DNA of 64,000 bases from Gemmatales bacterium (GCA_041640595.1 JBEPZY010000003.1:593311-657310); one strand, 5' to 3'; positions 1 to 11,013 are shown, counted from the first letter of the stretch. The notes: generated by a model from the sequence alone, not told the origin. Numbers and translations: made by a program.

Positions 1-622
1 CACCGCCGGAATGGTTCAGAAAATCACCGATGGCGCGGGCGATCGAGGTTTTGCCGTTGCCGGGCGGCCCGTAGATGAACAAAGATTTGCCGCTGACAAT
101 GGCCGGACCCAGCGCCTGAAACAACTCCTCCGGCACCACCAGATGGGAAAAAGCTTCCCGCAATGCTTCCGGCGTGCAGCGAATGCCCGTGACGGCCTGA
201 CGATAGGTCTGTTCGACATAATCGAGCAAAGGCACCGGAGCCGGGCCTACGTAGCTGCATAATTTCATGGCGTCCCGTGCCCGTTCCCGGCCCATATCCG
301 TCAACGAGAAGCGGTAGGAAACCTCGCCAATGAGATCGCCAGCTGTTACCTCGATGCACTTCTCCTTCTTCAAAAAAGCCAGCACTTCCTCCAGACAGCG
401 GAAGGGCAAGCACAGAAAGCGTGCCAGTTCCAGACCGAGCATGCTGCCCCGTGTCAGCAGGGTGCGCAACACCAGATCGGCCAGAAACGCCAGAGGCAAC
501 CCCGTTTCCTCCAGGTTTCGCGGTGCACTGGGCGCTTCCGGCAGGTCGGAATTCTCCCATTCCAGTAACACACTCCGCGAAGAGGAAATCGGCAGTACCG
601 AGGTCTGATTCAGGCCATGCAT
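1..622 (-). CDS. AAA-family ATPase at the end of the Tad cluster (partial, runs off the window edge)
   Basis: Hand translation from ATG 622 (GGAG upstream): MHGLNQ...PRNLEETGL...YVGPAPV...LFIYGPPGNGKTSIA with a Walker A motif. No stop before the edge, so it is absent from the ORF track. Confidence 0.85.
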   Translation of the reverse strand, partial: MHGLNQTSVLPISSSRSVLLEWENSDLPEAPSAPRNLEETGLPLAFLADLVLRTLLTRGSMLGLELARFLCLPFRCLEEVLAFLKKEKCIEVTAGDLIGEVSYRFSLTDMGRERARDAMKLCSYVGPAPVPLLDYVEQTYRQAVTGIRCTPEALREAFSHLVVPEELFQALGPAIVSGKSLFIYGPPGNGKTSIARAIGDFLNHSGG

Positions 623-763
623 GGCAGCTTAGCTCCTGGTGCGTTGTTGAGGGTCATCCTCTGTCGCTGAGGGAAGCCTTGCTCGTGTCGGTAGCCATCC
701 CCGTCAGGAAAGCCCAGTCCATTTCGGCTCTTGCCTGTGAACGGGAATGGCGCGAGCAGGTTC

Positions 764-919
764 TTACTTTTTGACCAGTACCCAGAGGGCGAGCAGGACG
801 GCGATGGCACTTACCAGCACCAGCCGCTGCTGACTATGCAGCGCGTCCAGCGTCAATTGCCATTGCTCGTTGAGCCAGTTCGTCCACGAAGCCAGTAGAG
901 CAGCGGTGTATCCTGCCAT
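764..919 (-). CDS. Small 51-aa membrane protein
   Basis: MAGYTAALLASW...VLVSAIAVLLALWVLVKK; AGGGAG RBS upstream; C-terminal hydrophobic helix; same strand as the Tad genes. Confidence 0.5.
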   Translation of the reverse strand: MAGYTAALLASWTNWLNEQWQLTLDALHSQQRLVLVSAIAVLLALWVLVKK

Positions 920-1073
920 CGGAGTGGACTCCCTAAGTGCCGGTTGGCATTCATCCCTGGGCCATCGGCAGTGGATCGCATGAAGTCAGACGCGGATGGC
1001 CGGGGTGGACGTCGGGCTAGCCTGTCCGCGTGAGCGAGACGCCAGCCGCCAGAAAAATCGCGGGCCGACAGCC

Positions 1074-1712
1074 TCAGCGCGAGCTGCTACCGCCCGCTGT
1101 GCTGGTGGAAGTAGTGGTCGTGGCAGTGCCTGCACCGCCGGCACCGGTACCGCTCCCGGTGAAGCTGGTAAAGACGGCCTGCCCGGTGGCACCGCGATGC
1201 ATCGAGCGGACAATCTGCTCGGCTTCCCGACCATGCGTGCGAACCTCAGGCGGATCGTGGACAGCCACCTGAAATGCCACCTCCGGCCGAATCGTTCGCA
1301 GATAGGCCTGCACTGCCTCGACTCGTTTGCGATCGAGTTCGGCACGCTGGCTGGCCCATTCTTGTTCCTTGCCTCGTTGCAGTGGCAGATCGTGAGCGGT
1401 TTGCACGAAGACATACGGGACAGGTTCCGGTTGCCGGCGTGCGAGTCGGCTCAGGTGAGCCATGCCCGCGGGAGTTAATTCATCGGAGCCGGCCCGAAAA
1501 TGGCTGACCCAGACCGTTTGTTCCAGGGCTAGTCCATTGCCGGCTTGCCGCAAAAGCGGGGCAGCTACTTCCTGTCGGGCCAGGGCGCTGTAGCGCGGTA
1601 ATCGGCATGGGTCGGCCAGATCGTTGAAGCAGTGGTAGCCGCAGTTCACGCAGCCAACCTGGGGCGTGATCAGTGCGGCCAGGCCAAGTCCGAGCCATTC
1701 GCGTTTGCCCAT
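1074..1712 (-). CDS. Tad-cluster-associated exported/lipoprotein-like hypothetical protein
   Basis: AAGGAGG RBS before ATG 1712; N-terminal hydrophobic segment followed by VGC; low-complexity Gly/Thr tail. Confidence 0.75.
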   Translation of the reverse strand: MGKREWLGLGLAALITPQVGCVNCGYHCFNDLADPCRLPRYSALARQEVAAPLLRQAGNGLALEQTVWVSHFRAGSDELTPAGMAHLSRLARRQPEPVPYVFVQTAHDLPLQRGKEQEWASQRAELDRKRVEAVQAYLRTIRPEVAFQVAVHDPPEVRTHGREAEQIVRSMHRGATGQAVFTSFTGSGTGAGGAGTATTTTSTSTAGGSSSR

Positions 1713-1809
1713 GTGCGACCTCCTTTTCGCCGGGTTGGGCACAGTGAAAATTTCGCCGGCCATGCATTCTTTTGTTTCGTCGCTAGCCGGGCCAGTTCGG
1801 GTATGCCAG

Positions 1810-2778
1810 TTATTTGAGCATGATGTTGTAAATCTGAATCGCCGCCGGTCCCACCAGCACCACGAATACTCCCGGAAAGATGAACAGCACCAGCGGGAAA
1901 ATGAGCTTCACCGCAGTTTTCTGGGCGCGTTCTTCGGCCAGCTGGCGTCGGCGGACTCGCATAGCGTCGGATTGAACGCGGAGAGCCTGAGCGACGCTGG
2001 AGCCGAATCGTTCGGCCTGAATGAGAATGGCCGCCAGGCTTCGCACGTCATCCACGCCAGTGCGGACACCGAGATCGTGCAGAACATCGCGGCGAGGTCG
2101 GCCCACCTGCATCTGGAAATTGCACACGGCCAGTTCCTCGCAAATCGCAGGCGCCACCGGTTTCATTTCCTCGACAACTCGCCGCATGGCTGCATCCAGA
2201 CCCAATCCGCTTTCCACACACACCACCAGCAAATCGAGAACATCGGGCAGCGTCAGGAAAATCTGTTCTTGGCGTTTTTTCACCAGCCACCACAATACCA
2301 CATCGGGCAGGAATAATCCGACTCCCGCGAAGATCGCCGCCCATTTAACAACGTCGAGTCCCAATCCGGTGGCCGGCATAAAAATCACCGTCCCCAGCAC
2401 TCCACCCAGCAGTAACGACAGAAACTTCAAACCGATAAAAATGGGAACAGCGCTCTCCTGTCGGAAGCCGGCGTTTGCGAGTTTGAGACGCAGCTTGTTT
2501 TGTTCCAGCTCGGATTTGGGCATTAACGGTTTGGAGAACGCCGCCGCTTTTTCCAGCAATTCCTTGACGCGGAGATTCGGCGTGGAAGTTTTGGAGGAGG
2601 GATCCGGTAACTGAATTTCCGCCTGACTGGCGGCACGACTGAGGCGTGCGAGTCGGTCTTCGACGCGCGATTCGCTACGGCGAGCCAACCACGATAACAG
2701 CAGCCACACCGCACACGCCGTGCCAGCAAACGCCAGCACCGTCAGCAAATCCTGCGGGTTCACCAGTTCGTTGAGCAT
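1810..2778 (-). CDS. tadC: Tad pilus assembly protein TadC (T2SS F family)
   Basis: LPDVLDLLVVCVESGLGLDAA and AEERAQKTAVKLIFPL motifs; operon context. Confidence 0.93.
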   Translation of the reverse strand: MLNELVNPQDLLTVLAFAGTACAVWLLLSWLARRSESRVEDRLARLSRAASQAEIQLPDPSSKTSTPNLRVKELLEKAAAFSKPLMPKSELEQNKLRLKLANAGFRQESAVPIFIGLKFLSLLLGGVLGTVIFMPATGLGLDVVKWAAIFAGVGLFLPDVVLWWLVKKRQEQIFLTLPDVLDLLVVCVESGLGLDAAMRRVVEEMKPVAPAICEELAVCNFQMQVGRPRRDVLHDLGVRTGVDDVRSLAAILIQAERFGSSVAQALRVQSDAMRVRRRQLAEERAQKTAVKLIFPLVLFIFPGVFVVLVGPAAIQIYNIMLK

Positions 2779-2785
2779 GGCCGCT

Positions 2786-3757
2786 TCACACCTTGATGTT
2801 CACGATCTTGCGGATCACCAGCGCCCCAAATATCTGCATCAACAATCCGAACAGGCTCATTTTGATCCCCATTTCCGTTTTCCAGAGCATGGAGATGTAG
2901 TCCGGATTCAGATACAGCATGACCAGGAACAGAACGAACGGCAGAGCGATAAGCACGACGCCACTGAGTCGGCCTTCGCCGGTCAGTGCCTTGACCTGGT
3001 TCTGAATGCGATAACGTTCGCGGATGAGGGAACTGATTTTGTCGAGGATTTCCGCCAGGTCACCGCCGGTTTGACGCTGAATGACCACGGCGGTGGCGAA
3101 AAAGCGCAAATCGAGATTGGGCACGCGGTCGCATAGGGATTTCAGCGCATCCTCGATGGCAACACCGAGGTTCTGTTCCTCATACACCCGTCCGAATTCG
3201 GTGCCGAGAGGCGGCGGCAATTCCTGCGCGACCAGGTGAAAACCAGAGGCCAAACTGTGTCCGGCTCGCAACGCCCGAGCGATAAGTTCCAGGGCATCGG
3301 GCAGCTGAGCGGCAAATTTTTTCAGGCGCGTACGGCGTTTGTTCCATAGCCACAACCATGGTACAGCGAACAATCCCAGACCGACCGCCAGGGACAAAAA
3401 CAGCGGTGTCCCGACCACGGTCAGGAGCACGCTACTGCCCAGCCCCAGAGCTACCGCAATACCGAGTAATCGCGCCGGTGGAATGCCACAATCTGCCTGC
3501 AGGAAAAGCTTTTCCACACGCGGCATCGCCTGAATCAGCCGCGTCCACAGGGATTTCTTGTCTTCTTCAAACGGAATTTTCCGCCAGATTTCGATCGGCT
3601 CGGAAACCGAGGGTGTGCTGTGTACCGTTTTGGTCGAGGCGAAGACGGACAGGCGATCTTCTACGGAAGCATTCGGGTTGCGCACCAGATACGCCAGCAG
3701 CACGATGGTGCTGCTCACCAGAATAAAAGCAAGAAAACTGGCCAGCATGGCGTCCAT
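2786..3757 (-). CDS. tadB: Tad pilus assembly protein TadB (T2SS F family)
   Basis: QLPDALELIARALRAGHSL and QRQTGGDLAEIL motifs. Confidence 0.93.
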   Translation of the reverse strand: MDAMLASFLAFILVSSTIVLLAYLVRNPNASVEDRLSVFASTKTVHSTPSVSEPIEIWRKIPFEEDKKSLWTRLIQAMPRVEKLFLQADCGIPPARLLGIAVALGLGSSVLLTVVGTPLFLSLAVGLGLFAVPWLWLWNKRRTRLKKFAAQLPDALELIARALRAGHSLASGFHLVAQELPPPLGTEFGRVYEEQNLGVAIEDALKSLCDRVPNLDLRFFATAVVIQRQTGGDLAEILDKISSLIRERYRIQNQVKALTGEGRLSGVVLIALPFVLFLVMLYLNPDYISMLWKTEMGIKMSLFGLLMQIFGALVIRKIVNIKV

Positions 3758-3848
3758 TGTTCGCGTCGCTCGTGTTTGCAGATTCCGGGTTGCTCAGCTC
3801 AGGAGCCAGGCCTGCGGATGCCTGGCTTTGCCACAGTCACCAGGCGTT

Positions 3849-5213
3849 TCAGTCGCGTAGCAGGACTCGCTCCTGGAAGAGATTGGCCGGCAATCGGATA
3901 CCCGCGGCTTCCAGCCGATGCATGAAAGTGGGGCGCACTCCCGTCGCTTCAAATTGACCGAAAGCCCGGCCGTTCTGGTCAATCCCCAGCTGACGGTAGC
4001 GGAAAATGTCCTGCATGATGATGATGTCCTGTTCCATGCCCACCACTTCGGTGATTGAAGTAACTTTGCGCGGGCCTCCTTGCAGACGGTTGGCCTGAAT
4101 GATCAAATCCACCGCTGAAGCGATCTGCTGTCGCATCGCTTTAACGGGTAACTCAAAGCCAGCCATCATGATCATGGTTTCCAGTCGTGCCTGGGCATCG
4201 CGCGGACTGTTGGCATGGAGCGTGGTGAGTGAACCTTCGTGGCCGGTGTTCATGGCTTGCAGCATGTCGAGCGCTTCCGGACCACGGCACTCGCCGATGA
4301 TGATGCGATCAGGGCGCATGCGCAGAGCGTTGCGGACCAGGTCGCGCGTGGTCACCTCGCCTTTGCCTTCGATGTTGGGCGGTCGTGTCTCCAGACGGAC
4401 GACGTGCTCCTGTTGCAATTGCAATTCCGCAGCGTCCTCGATGGTGATGATGCGTTCCTCGGCGGGGATGAAACTGGAGAGCGTGTTCAGCAAAGTCGTT
4501 TTACCGCAGCCGGTACCACCGCTGATGATGATGTTGAGCCGGGCCTTGATCGCCGCTTCCATGAGCATGGCCATTTCCGGCGTGAAAGCTTTGAGATTGA
4601 GCAGGTCTTCGAGTTTGAGCGGATTGGAACCGAATCGGCGAATGCTCAGGCAAGGCCCATCGAGAGCCAGAGGCGGAATGATGGCGTTGATGCGGGAACC
4701 ATCGGGCAAACGAGCGTCCACCATCGGCGAGGTTTCATCAATCCGCCGACCGACTTTCGACACCATGCGGTCAATGATCTGCATCAGGTGCTTGTTATCC
4801 CGGAATTTGACATCGGTTTTCTCCAGTTTTCCTCGCCGCTCCACGTACACCTTGTACGGGCCGTTGACGAGAATATCGCTGACGGTCGGGTCTTTCAGGA
4901 GCACTTCGAGCGGGCCGAAACCGAACGTTTCGTCCAGCACCTCGTCAATGAGGCGTTCCCGTTCCATGCGGTTCAGGAGCGGGTTTTCCGTGTCGCAGAG
5001 GCGTTCGACAACGAGACGGATTTCCCGCCGCAACACATCGCCGGCCAGGTCGGAAACCCGCGACAGGTCGAGCTTCTCGACCAGCTTGCTGTGAATGAGT
5101 CGCTTCAGTTCTTCGAAACTTTTCTGCGCATCCCGCGGATTGGCCGCAGGCGTGGTCACGGGTCGGCTCGGCGTTTGTGTCGCCGGAGTATTACCGCGAA
5201 TCAGTGGGGGCAT
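3849..5213 (-). CDS. cpaF: CpaF/TadA pilus assembly ATPase
   Basis: Walker [28 protein letters not shown] and [14 protein letters not shown] motifs. Confidence 0.97.
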   Translation of the reverse strand: MPPLIRGNTPATQTPSRPVTTPAANPRDAQKSFEELKRLIHSKLVEKLDLSRVSDLAGDVLRREIRLVVERLCDTENPLLNRMERERLIDEVLDETFGFGPLEVLLKDPTVSDILVNGPYKVYVERRGKLEKTDVKFRDNKHLMQIIDRMVSKVGRRIDETSPMVDARLPDGSRINAIIPPLALDGPCLSIRRFGSNPLKLEDLLNLKAFTPEMAMLMEAAIKARLNIIISGGTGCGKTTLLNTLSSFIPAEERIITIEDAAELQLQQEHVVRLETRPPNIEGKGEVTTRDLVRNALRMRPDRIIIGECRGPEALDMLQAMNTGHEGSLTTLHANSPRDAQARLETMIMMAGFELPVKAMRQQIASAVDLIIQANRLQGGPRKVTSITEVVGMEQDIIIMQDIFRYRQLGIDQNGRAFGQFEATGVRPTFMHRLEAAGIRLPANLFQERVLLRD

Positions 5214-5531
5214 GGGTGCTTGCTCCTGCGTTGGCTGGGGAGATCGGCTCGAACGGTGAATAGGATTGACGGCCAGGTTATCGCCCTGCCGCGCTTAGGC
5301 GGTAAAGGTTTCCCGTCTGGTGCTGGTTCCTGCTCCTGGCGGCTGGGAACTTGTCCGCTGCGATTCCTTGAAAAAGTGAGGGATCACCCTTCCGTCGCAG
5401 GACAGCTGAGCAGGGGCACATGGCGAAAGCTTCCAGGCGAGGTATGCCGAATCGCTCACGGGCAAGCCCACTGCTTCAGCGTTTCCGCCTTCCCTGGTCG
5501 AACCATCTCCGCGGTATCCCAACCGCTGCGG

Positions 5532-6743
5532 TCAGGAGAAGAGGGAGAATCCTTTGCGTGCTTTCTTGACGGTGGCAGCTTCCGGAGAGACCGGTTCGCC
5601 GCACAAAGCGCGTGCCAGGTCCTGAATGCTTTGCCAGACTTTGGAACGCGGTGCCTGCTGCAATAGAGGCACACCGAGATTGCGGGAGGCCAGCATCGCC
5701 TTCGCGTCGTTGGGAATCTGCCAGAAGATGGGGCGGCCCAGAGTTTCCTCGGCTTTTTTCACCGTGATTTCCTGATGATCGGCACCCACGCGGTTGAGGA
5801 TCACCTGCACCCGCTGGTCCAGCCCATCCAGACTTTGCAGGGACATCAGCAGCCGCACCGCGTTCCGCAAAGCTGTCAGTTCCAGTTGCGTGATCAGCAG
5901 GATGACATCGGCCTGACGCAGGGCAGCTAGGTCGGTCTGGCGGTATCCTTTGCTGAGGTCGCAAATCACATGAGTGAACGCCGCCCGCAAAAGGCCGAGC
6001 ACACGATTGATTTGTTCTTCCTGGATCGCCGCCGCGTCTTCGAGTTGCACCGGATGCGGTAATAACGACAAACCAGTGCTATGCCGGATCAACGATCGCC
6101 TGAGCAAAGTCATGTCCAGTCGTTCCACGCTCAAGGCGATATCTGCCAGCGTGTAGCTGGGAATCAGGTCGAGGGTAACGTCGGCGTCGCCCAGGGCGAG
6201 ATCCAGGTCCACGAAGACCACGTTGTGCTGCGGATTCTGGGCCAGCGCCACACCGAGATTGATGCCGATGCTGGTACAACCGATACCCCCCCGCGAGCCG
6301 ATGAGCGCGATCACCCGCGAACTCGAAGCGTGGGACACTCCGTTGTTTTCCGCAGGAAGCAGCTGCTGCCTTACTCGTTGCAACGCCGCTACCAGTTCAT
6401 CCATCGCCACGGGCAGGGTAAGAAATTCTCTGGCACCGCTGCGGAGGGTCTGAAGGATGAACGGCCCATCGGTGCGTGAACTGGCGGCGAGAATCCCCAG
6501 TTGTGGAAATTCCTGAGCCAGTTGCTGAATCAGAGACAGGGCCACCTGGGGATTGCTATCCATAGCCACCAGAGCGATGTCCGGCTGGGATTGCCGAACT
6601 ACATCTGCAAAAAACTCGTAGCGGGCGCACTCCGCTTCCAGCCAGACCGTGTCCAGCCCCAGCAGGCTATCCCGCAAGGCATCGCGGGTTTGGTCGCAGG
6701 GATCTACTAGCGCCAGGCGGACCCAATCAGTTGGCGTATTCAT
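5532..6743 (-). CDS. cpaE: CpaE/TadZ (receiver-like domain plus MinD/ParA-like ATPase)
   Basis: N-terminal REC-like domain, degenerate P-loop GSRGGIGCT, VDLDLALGD; start MNTPTD inferred. Confidence 0.9.
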   Translation of the reverse strand: MNTPTDWVRLALVDPCDQTRDALRDSLLGLDTVWLEAECARYEFFADVVRQSQPDIALVAMDSNPQVALSLIQQLAQEFPQLGILAASSRTDGPFILQTLRSGAREFLTLPVAMDELVAALQRVRQQLLPAENNGVSHASSSRVIALIGSRGGIGCTSIGINLGVALAQNPQHNVVFVDLDLALGDADVTLDLIPSYTLADIALSVERLDMTLLRRSLIRHSTGLSLLPHPVQLEDAAAIQEEQINRVLGLLRAAFTHVICDLSKGYRQTDLAALRQADVILLITQLELTALRNAVRLLMSLQSLDGLDQRVQVILNRVGADHQEITVKKAEETLGRPIFWQIPNDAKAMLASRNLGVPLLQQAPRSKVWQSIQDLARALCGEPVSPEAATVKKARKGFSLFS

Positions 6744-6796
6744 GTCTGTGCACCGTTGGCCATCGCGCAAGCGCGTGGGCAAGTGACACGGAGCTG

Positions 6797-8644
6797 TCAA
6801 TCTTCGCGCAAAGGACGATAAAGTGGCCGGGGAGTTGGTCGGCCAAGAGTAGCTCGCGGCGGTCCCGTAACGGTTGGCTCGACCACTACCGTCTCCGCTA
6901 CCGCCGGCGGTGGAGACGACTGTTCGCGTGGTTCCTGTTCCGTTCCGGTTGCGGTCATGGTTGGGAATGAGCTCACTGATGGCTCGACCGGCCGGGTATC
7001 CGTTTGAGGAGGCTTGTTCACCGGCGGTGGACTTTCCGGTAGCTGCTGCACCGCCGGTGCTTGCGATCCCTTCATTCGCGGCTGTCCCGGAGAGGTTTTC
7101 AAAGGCAGCGTGCCGGTCGGGCGATTCTTCTCGCTGCTCATGGGTTGCGGCGGAGGCAAGACAGACTCGGCAGGAGAGCTCATCTCGGCCTCGGCCAGCC
7201 CGGGAGTAAAATGCCAGTGGGCTGGACGATAGCAGCCATCTGGCTTGAGCGACCGCGGTCCCGGCGGCGCTTCGAGGATGCCTTCCAAGAATAGCTCAAA
7301 ATCCGTAGGTCGGCGTGTTTCCTGACCAGGAAAACAAGTTGGCCTTTGGTGCGGCCACAATCCATCTACCAGCCGCGGCGTGACCAGAATGATCAGCTCC
7401 TGCTCGCGTTCCTCGTACTGCACCCGACGGAAAGCCGTTCCGACAAACGGCAAGTCGCCGAGCACCGGGACCTTGTTCGTCGCCGCATCCACTTCCGACT
7501 GGATCAGTCCGCCGAGCACCAGACTCTGGCCGCTTTCCAAATCTACCGCAGCTTCCGCCTCCTGTGTCAGGAAACGAGGCACAACCGTACCCGAAATCAG
7601 AACCGGCTGGCTGAAATCGAGTCGGCTGACTTCCGCACGCACTTGGATGCGAATCCGCCCGTCGCCCAGCACTACCGGCAAGAATTGCACAATGGTACCA
7701 AATCGGCGAAACTCGACCCCTGGTGCCTGGCCAAGCGCGGCTGGCGTCGGATAAGGTTGTTCCCCGCCCACGGTGATACGGGCCGGACGACCACTCCGCG
7801 CCACGATCACCGGACTGGACAAAATTTTCGCCAGACCCTCGCGCCGTAACGCTTCCACAAAGCCCAGAAATGCCGAACTGGCATCGGTAACGCCGTACAG
7901 GAAATTCGTCGCTGCGTCGAAGATCGGCCGATCGGTAGCGAACGTGCTGACACCACCTCGCAGGTTGATCGTCTGCGGATTGATCAGCGAGCCAATCGTG
8001 CTACCGAAATAGTCAGCGCGGTCCGACCAGAGGAAGTTGAACCCGAATCGGCGCAGTTCCGTGCGGTCCACCTTCGCCACGATCACTTCCAGTTGCACCT
8101 GGTTGGGACCGGTGATCCGCAGGTTGTTGGCTACCCGACCCGTGCCGGCATAACCCTCGAGGAAACGCATGAGCGGCTCAATGTCTTCTGCCGATTCCAC
8201 GGTGCCGCCTACGATCAGGGTTCGATCGGGTCCCTGCGTGATTTCCAGATTGGCACGGGGGAACTGTTTGGCGACAGCACTGCGGATGAACTGCAAATCC
8301 GGTTCGACGGCCACCACTAGTGTGGTTACCTGGTCTTTTTCATCGGTAAGCGTGATGCGTGTACTGCCTACGCCTATGCCAACCACCTGCAAAACATGCG
8401 GTTTATTCTGCACGGGCCGCAGTTCCACGATACCGTCGCGGGAAGTGGCCGCCTCTTTGATTCGTAAGCCACTCCGTGCCCAAATGTAGATGGTCTCCCC
8501 GATAGTGAGCGTCTCGTCAGGGCCGCTTCCCCGAGCGGCAGGTGTGGCTGGAGGTTGAGCGGTAGCCAAAGCGGTCACCATCAGGGCCGCCAGTCCCGCC
8601 ACCGCCACCATGCCGACATGTTTCCTGAACAACTTCGGGCGCAT
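6797..8644 (-). CDS. cpaC: CpaC/RcpA secretin with a Pro-rich C-terminal tail
   Basis: Signal peptide; QVQLEVIVAKV, LESGQSLVLGGL, KVPVLGDLPFVG and ELIILVTP secretin motifs. Confidence 0.92.
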   Translation of the reverse strand: MRPKLFRKHVGMVAVAGLAALMVTALATAQPPATPAARGSGPDETLTIGETIYIWARSGLRIKEAATSRDGIVELRPVQNKPHVLQVVGIGVGSTRITLTDEKDQVTTLVVAVEPDLQFIRSAVAKQFPRANLEITQGPDRTLIVGGTVESAEDIEPLMRFLEGYAGTGRVANNLRITGPNQVQLEVIVAKVDRTELRRFGFNFLWSDRADYFGSTIGSLINPQTINLRGGVSTFATDRPIFDAATNFLYGVTDASSAFLGFVEALRREGLAKILSSPVIVARSGRPARITVGGEQPYPTPAALGQAPGVEFRRFGTIVQFLPVVLGDGRIRIQVRAEVSRLDFSQPVLISGTVVPRFLTQEAEAAVDLESGQSLVLGGLIQSEVDAATNKVPVLGDLPFVGTAFRRVQYEEREQELIILVTPRLVDGLWPHQRPTCFPGQETRRPTDFELFLEGILEAPPGPRSLKPDGCYRPAHWHFTPGLAEAEMSSPAESVLPPPQPMSSEKNRPTGTLPLKTSPGQPRMKGSQAPAVQQLPESPPPVNKPPQTDTRPVEPSVSSFPTMTATGTEQEPREQSSPPPAVAETVVVEPTVTGPPRATLGRPTPRPLYRPLRED

Positions 8645-8773
8645 CCATTCACCTCGCTTGTTGACAAGGAATTGCGGCGTAAATCGGGGCCACCAGAGCC
8701 AGCATGCGGCCGCGGGCAATGGTTACGGCACCGGTGCGCATGGGCTTTTGATCCGGCGCTGACCCAGGCCAGC

Positions 8774-9643
8774 TCATGGAGCATCTTCGGCGTCGTATTC
8801 GTAAACACGTACCTGTCCGTTGTTGATGATGGTTTGCTTGAAGCGCTGGCGGACACTCGGTTGCGGCGCCGAAGCAGGCAAGCTGGCTACCGCTGGTCGG
8901 GTTTCCGCAGGAGCTTCCGTAGCCAGTCCGGCCAGGCGTTTGTGCCAGCTCGGCGAGGCCCCACTCGTTTTCACCTCCTGTGCGTCGTCCGGTCGCCTCA
9001 CCACCAGCCGCAAGCTGCCGGTGTCCGCATAAACGCTCAAAATCTCCGCCTGTTCCAGCGTCACCCGCAACGTAACCCGATCATACGTCTTGGCGATGGT
9101 GCCTTCGGGAATCTGCGGTTGCTGGTCAATCGCCAGGACTTCGATGTTCTGCAAAATGGTGTGGGCATACGGTTGATTTCCCTCTCCTCGCATCTGCGTC
9201 GCCACCACATCCACCCGTGAACCGGGCAGAATGAATCCGCCCGCGGCACTATCCAGCGTAACTTTGACGGTCATCAGACGTTCGCCTTCACGGAGTTTGG
9301 CAACCAGCGGCTCCTGTCCCGGCGGCAACAGATCCTTTTCGGTGAGCACCTTCCCCGCCTCGATAGCCGCACGTAAGGTCCGACCGCGAGCTTTGCGAAT
9401 ATCGCCAATCGCGTCAGCGGGCACTTCACCTTTGGGGTAAGTCTTCAGCTCAAACCACTGTTTGGGGTCGTCGAGAGTGGTGTAACCGGGCACCCGCTGG
9501 GTTGCCACCAGCACGGTAACGTTTTCCTCCACCGGGGCCGGTTCCGCCTGGCGACCGAAGTATTTGCTCGTCGCCACGCTGGCGACCAGTCCAGCCAGCA
9601 CTGCTAATGCCACGGTCAGAATCATTTTGGGCTTGATTCTCAT
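8774..9643 (-). CDS. cpaB: Flp pilus assembly protein CpaB
   Basis: N-terminal TM helix, SAF-like region, GGFILPGSRVDVV and ILQNIEVLAIDQ motifs. Confidence 0.92.
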   Translation of the reverse strand: MRIKPKMILTVALAVLAGLVASVATSKYFGRQAEPAPVEENVTVLVATQRVPGYTTLDDPKQWFELKTYPKGEVPADAIGDIRKARGRTLRAAIEAGKVLTEKDLLPPGQEPLVAKLREGERLMTVKVTLDSAAGGFILPGSRVDVVATQMRGEGNQPYAHTILQNIEVLAIDQQPQIPEGTIAKTYDRVTLRVTLEQAEILSVYADTGSLRLVVRRPDDAQEVKTSGASPSWHKRLAGLATEAPAETRPAVASLPASAPQPSVRQRFKQTIINNGQVRVYEYDAEDAP

Positions 9644-9910
9644 GAGTCCGCCTCGTTTCCAGGGAGCTGGTCCAAGATGCACCGAGGGGATTACCTATCG
9701 CGCGGGGCAGGGTTCATTCCGACCGGACAGGGCTGGATTTACCCCTGGTCAGACCCTGCCCGATTTGTGCTTCGGCGAAAATCTAGCGAAGACTTGAGAT
9801 TTTCCGGTTCTGAGGAAAAAATCGAATTTGCCGGAGTTACCAGGTTTGCGTCGGTTTTGGCGGCCCCGCTGCTATGAAGCGGAGCACCTGCACGGCATGA
9901 TGCTGGCAAT

Positions 9911-10492
9911 TCACAAGGACAGGCCACGCCACGCCAGGTAGCCAAGAAAGCCCAGACACAGCGGCAGGCCGTAAGGAAGCAACACCATTCGCCGTTTGCG
10001 CTCCGCCGCCCGTTGGGTGATTTGCTGCCAGTTCGCAGCCTGTCCCAGGTCGCTGAGAATGTCGCGGGTGTTTTGCCGGTATTCCCGCCAGCGACCGTGC
10101 CAGAACATCATGGCAATGGCCAGCACGCCCCCGATCACCGCCGCCAGGCAGAACCCGTACAGCACGATCCAGAATCCCTCCGTCCAGCCATACAGGGCCC
10201 CGATCCAGGCACCGAATCCCATTTGCATTTTCACATCGCCCGCGCCCATGCCGCCGATGGCGTAAACTGGCCAGAGCAACACAAAGCCGAAGACCAGCAG
10301 CGCCAGGCTCGCTCCCAATCCCGACCAGCCGTGCCACCATCCTGCCAGACCCAAACCGCTCAACATCATGCCGAAGGTCAGCCAGTTGGGCACTTTGAGC
10401 TTCCAGCAGTCAATGACCGCGCCGGTTATCAGCAGGGCGCTGAGTAAAGCCAGGGGCCAGCTTTCGTAGAAAACGTTCACCCAGTCGGTCAT
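9911..10492 (-). CDS. cpaA: A24 prepilin peptidase CpaA/TadV
   Basis: D...KVPNWL and GGMGAGDVK catalytic Asp motifs; LPYGLP tail. Confidence 0.92.
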   Translation of the reverse strand: MTDWVNVFYESWPLALLSALLITGAVIDCWKLKVPNWLTFGMMLSGLGLAGWWHGWSGLGASLALLVFGFVLLWPVYAIGGMGAGDVKMQMGFGAWIGALYGWTEGFWIVLYGFCLAAVIGGVLAIAMMFWHGRWREYRQNTRDILSDLGQAANWQQITQRAAERKRRMVLLPYGLPLCLGFLGYLAWRGLSL

Positions 10493-10636
10493 GGAATGGC
10501 TCCCGAAGTGCCAGGTTGCTTTACCGTGAAGATTAGAAAAAAGCACCGATTGCAGACCGGGCAGCATCACTCGCGGAATTGGCCTCGTCGCTGACAATGT
10601 GCGCTACCGTGCACTCGCCGCAGCAACAGCCCGCAA

Positions 10637-10681
10637 GGGTTTCGCAGGCCGGGCTTGCATTGACCCGACCTGACGAAACCC
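10637..10681 (-). terminator. Long hairpin downstream of the flp genes (attenuator or mRNA stabiliser)
   Basis: GGGTTTCG(T)CAGGTCGGGT...GCCCGGCCTGCGAAACCC imperfect ~18-bp stem; no U-tract. Confidence 0.45.
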
Positions 10682-10759
10682 CAACAGGTCGCTGAATCAC
10701 GTGAGCCAGCGTTTCGGCACAGGGCCAGGTCAGCTCCAATGGACACGCCTGCCCGGACG

Positions 10760-10942
10760 CTACTGGGCGTTCTGGATGGTGTCGCTGACCAGCTGGAATT
10801 TGCCCTTAGCACTCTGGCCGAGGCTGGTAATGGCCGCGATGCAGACCACAATGATCAGGGCCAGCATCACCGCGTACTCGACGGCGGTCGGGCCATCTTC
10901 GCTTTGCACGAAGCGTTTCACCGCATGCAGCACAGACCTCAT
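10760..10942 (-). CDS. flp: Flp family type IVb pilin
   Basis: EDG|PTAVEYAVMLALIIVVCIAAI Flp motif; GGAGG RBS before ATG 10942. Confidence 0.95.
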   Translation of the reverse strand: MRSVLHAVKRFVQSEDGPTAVEYAVMLALIIVVCIAAITSLGQSAKGKFQLVSDTIQNAQ

Positions 10943-11013
10943 GGCAGTACCCTCCAGTTGATGGGTGCCCAGACTCATCTTTTCCCGGCAGACCGTCTGC
11001 CAGGCTCGATCGC

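Noticed and set aside
4099..5666. Long plus-strand ORFs (331 aa and 475 aa)
   Set aside because: Antisense shadows of cpaF caused by GC-rich codon bias; the same applies to shadows over recA, purQ, DUF1559 and the aminotransferases.
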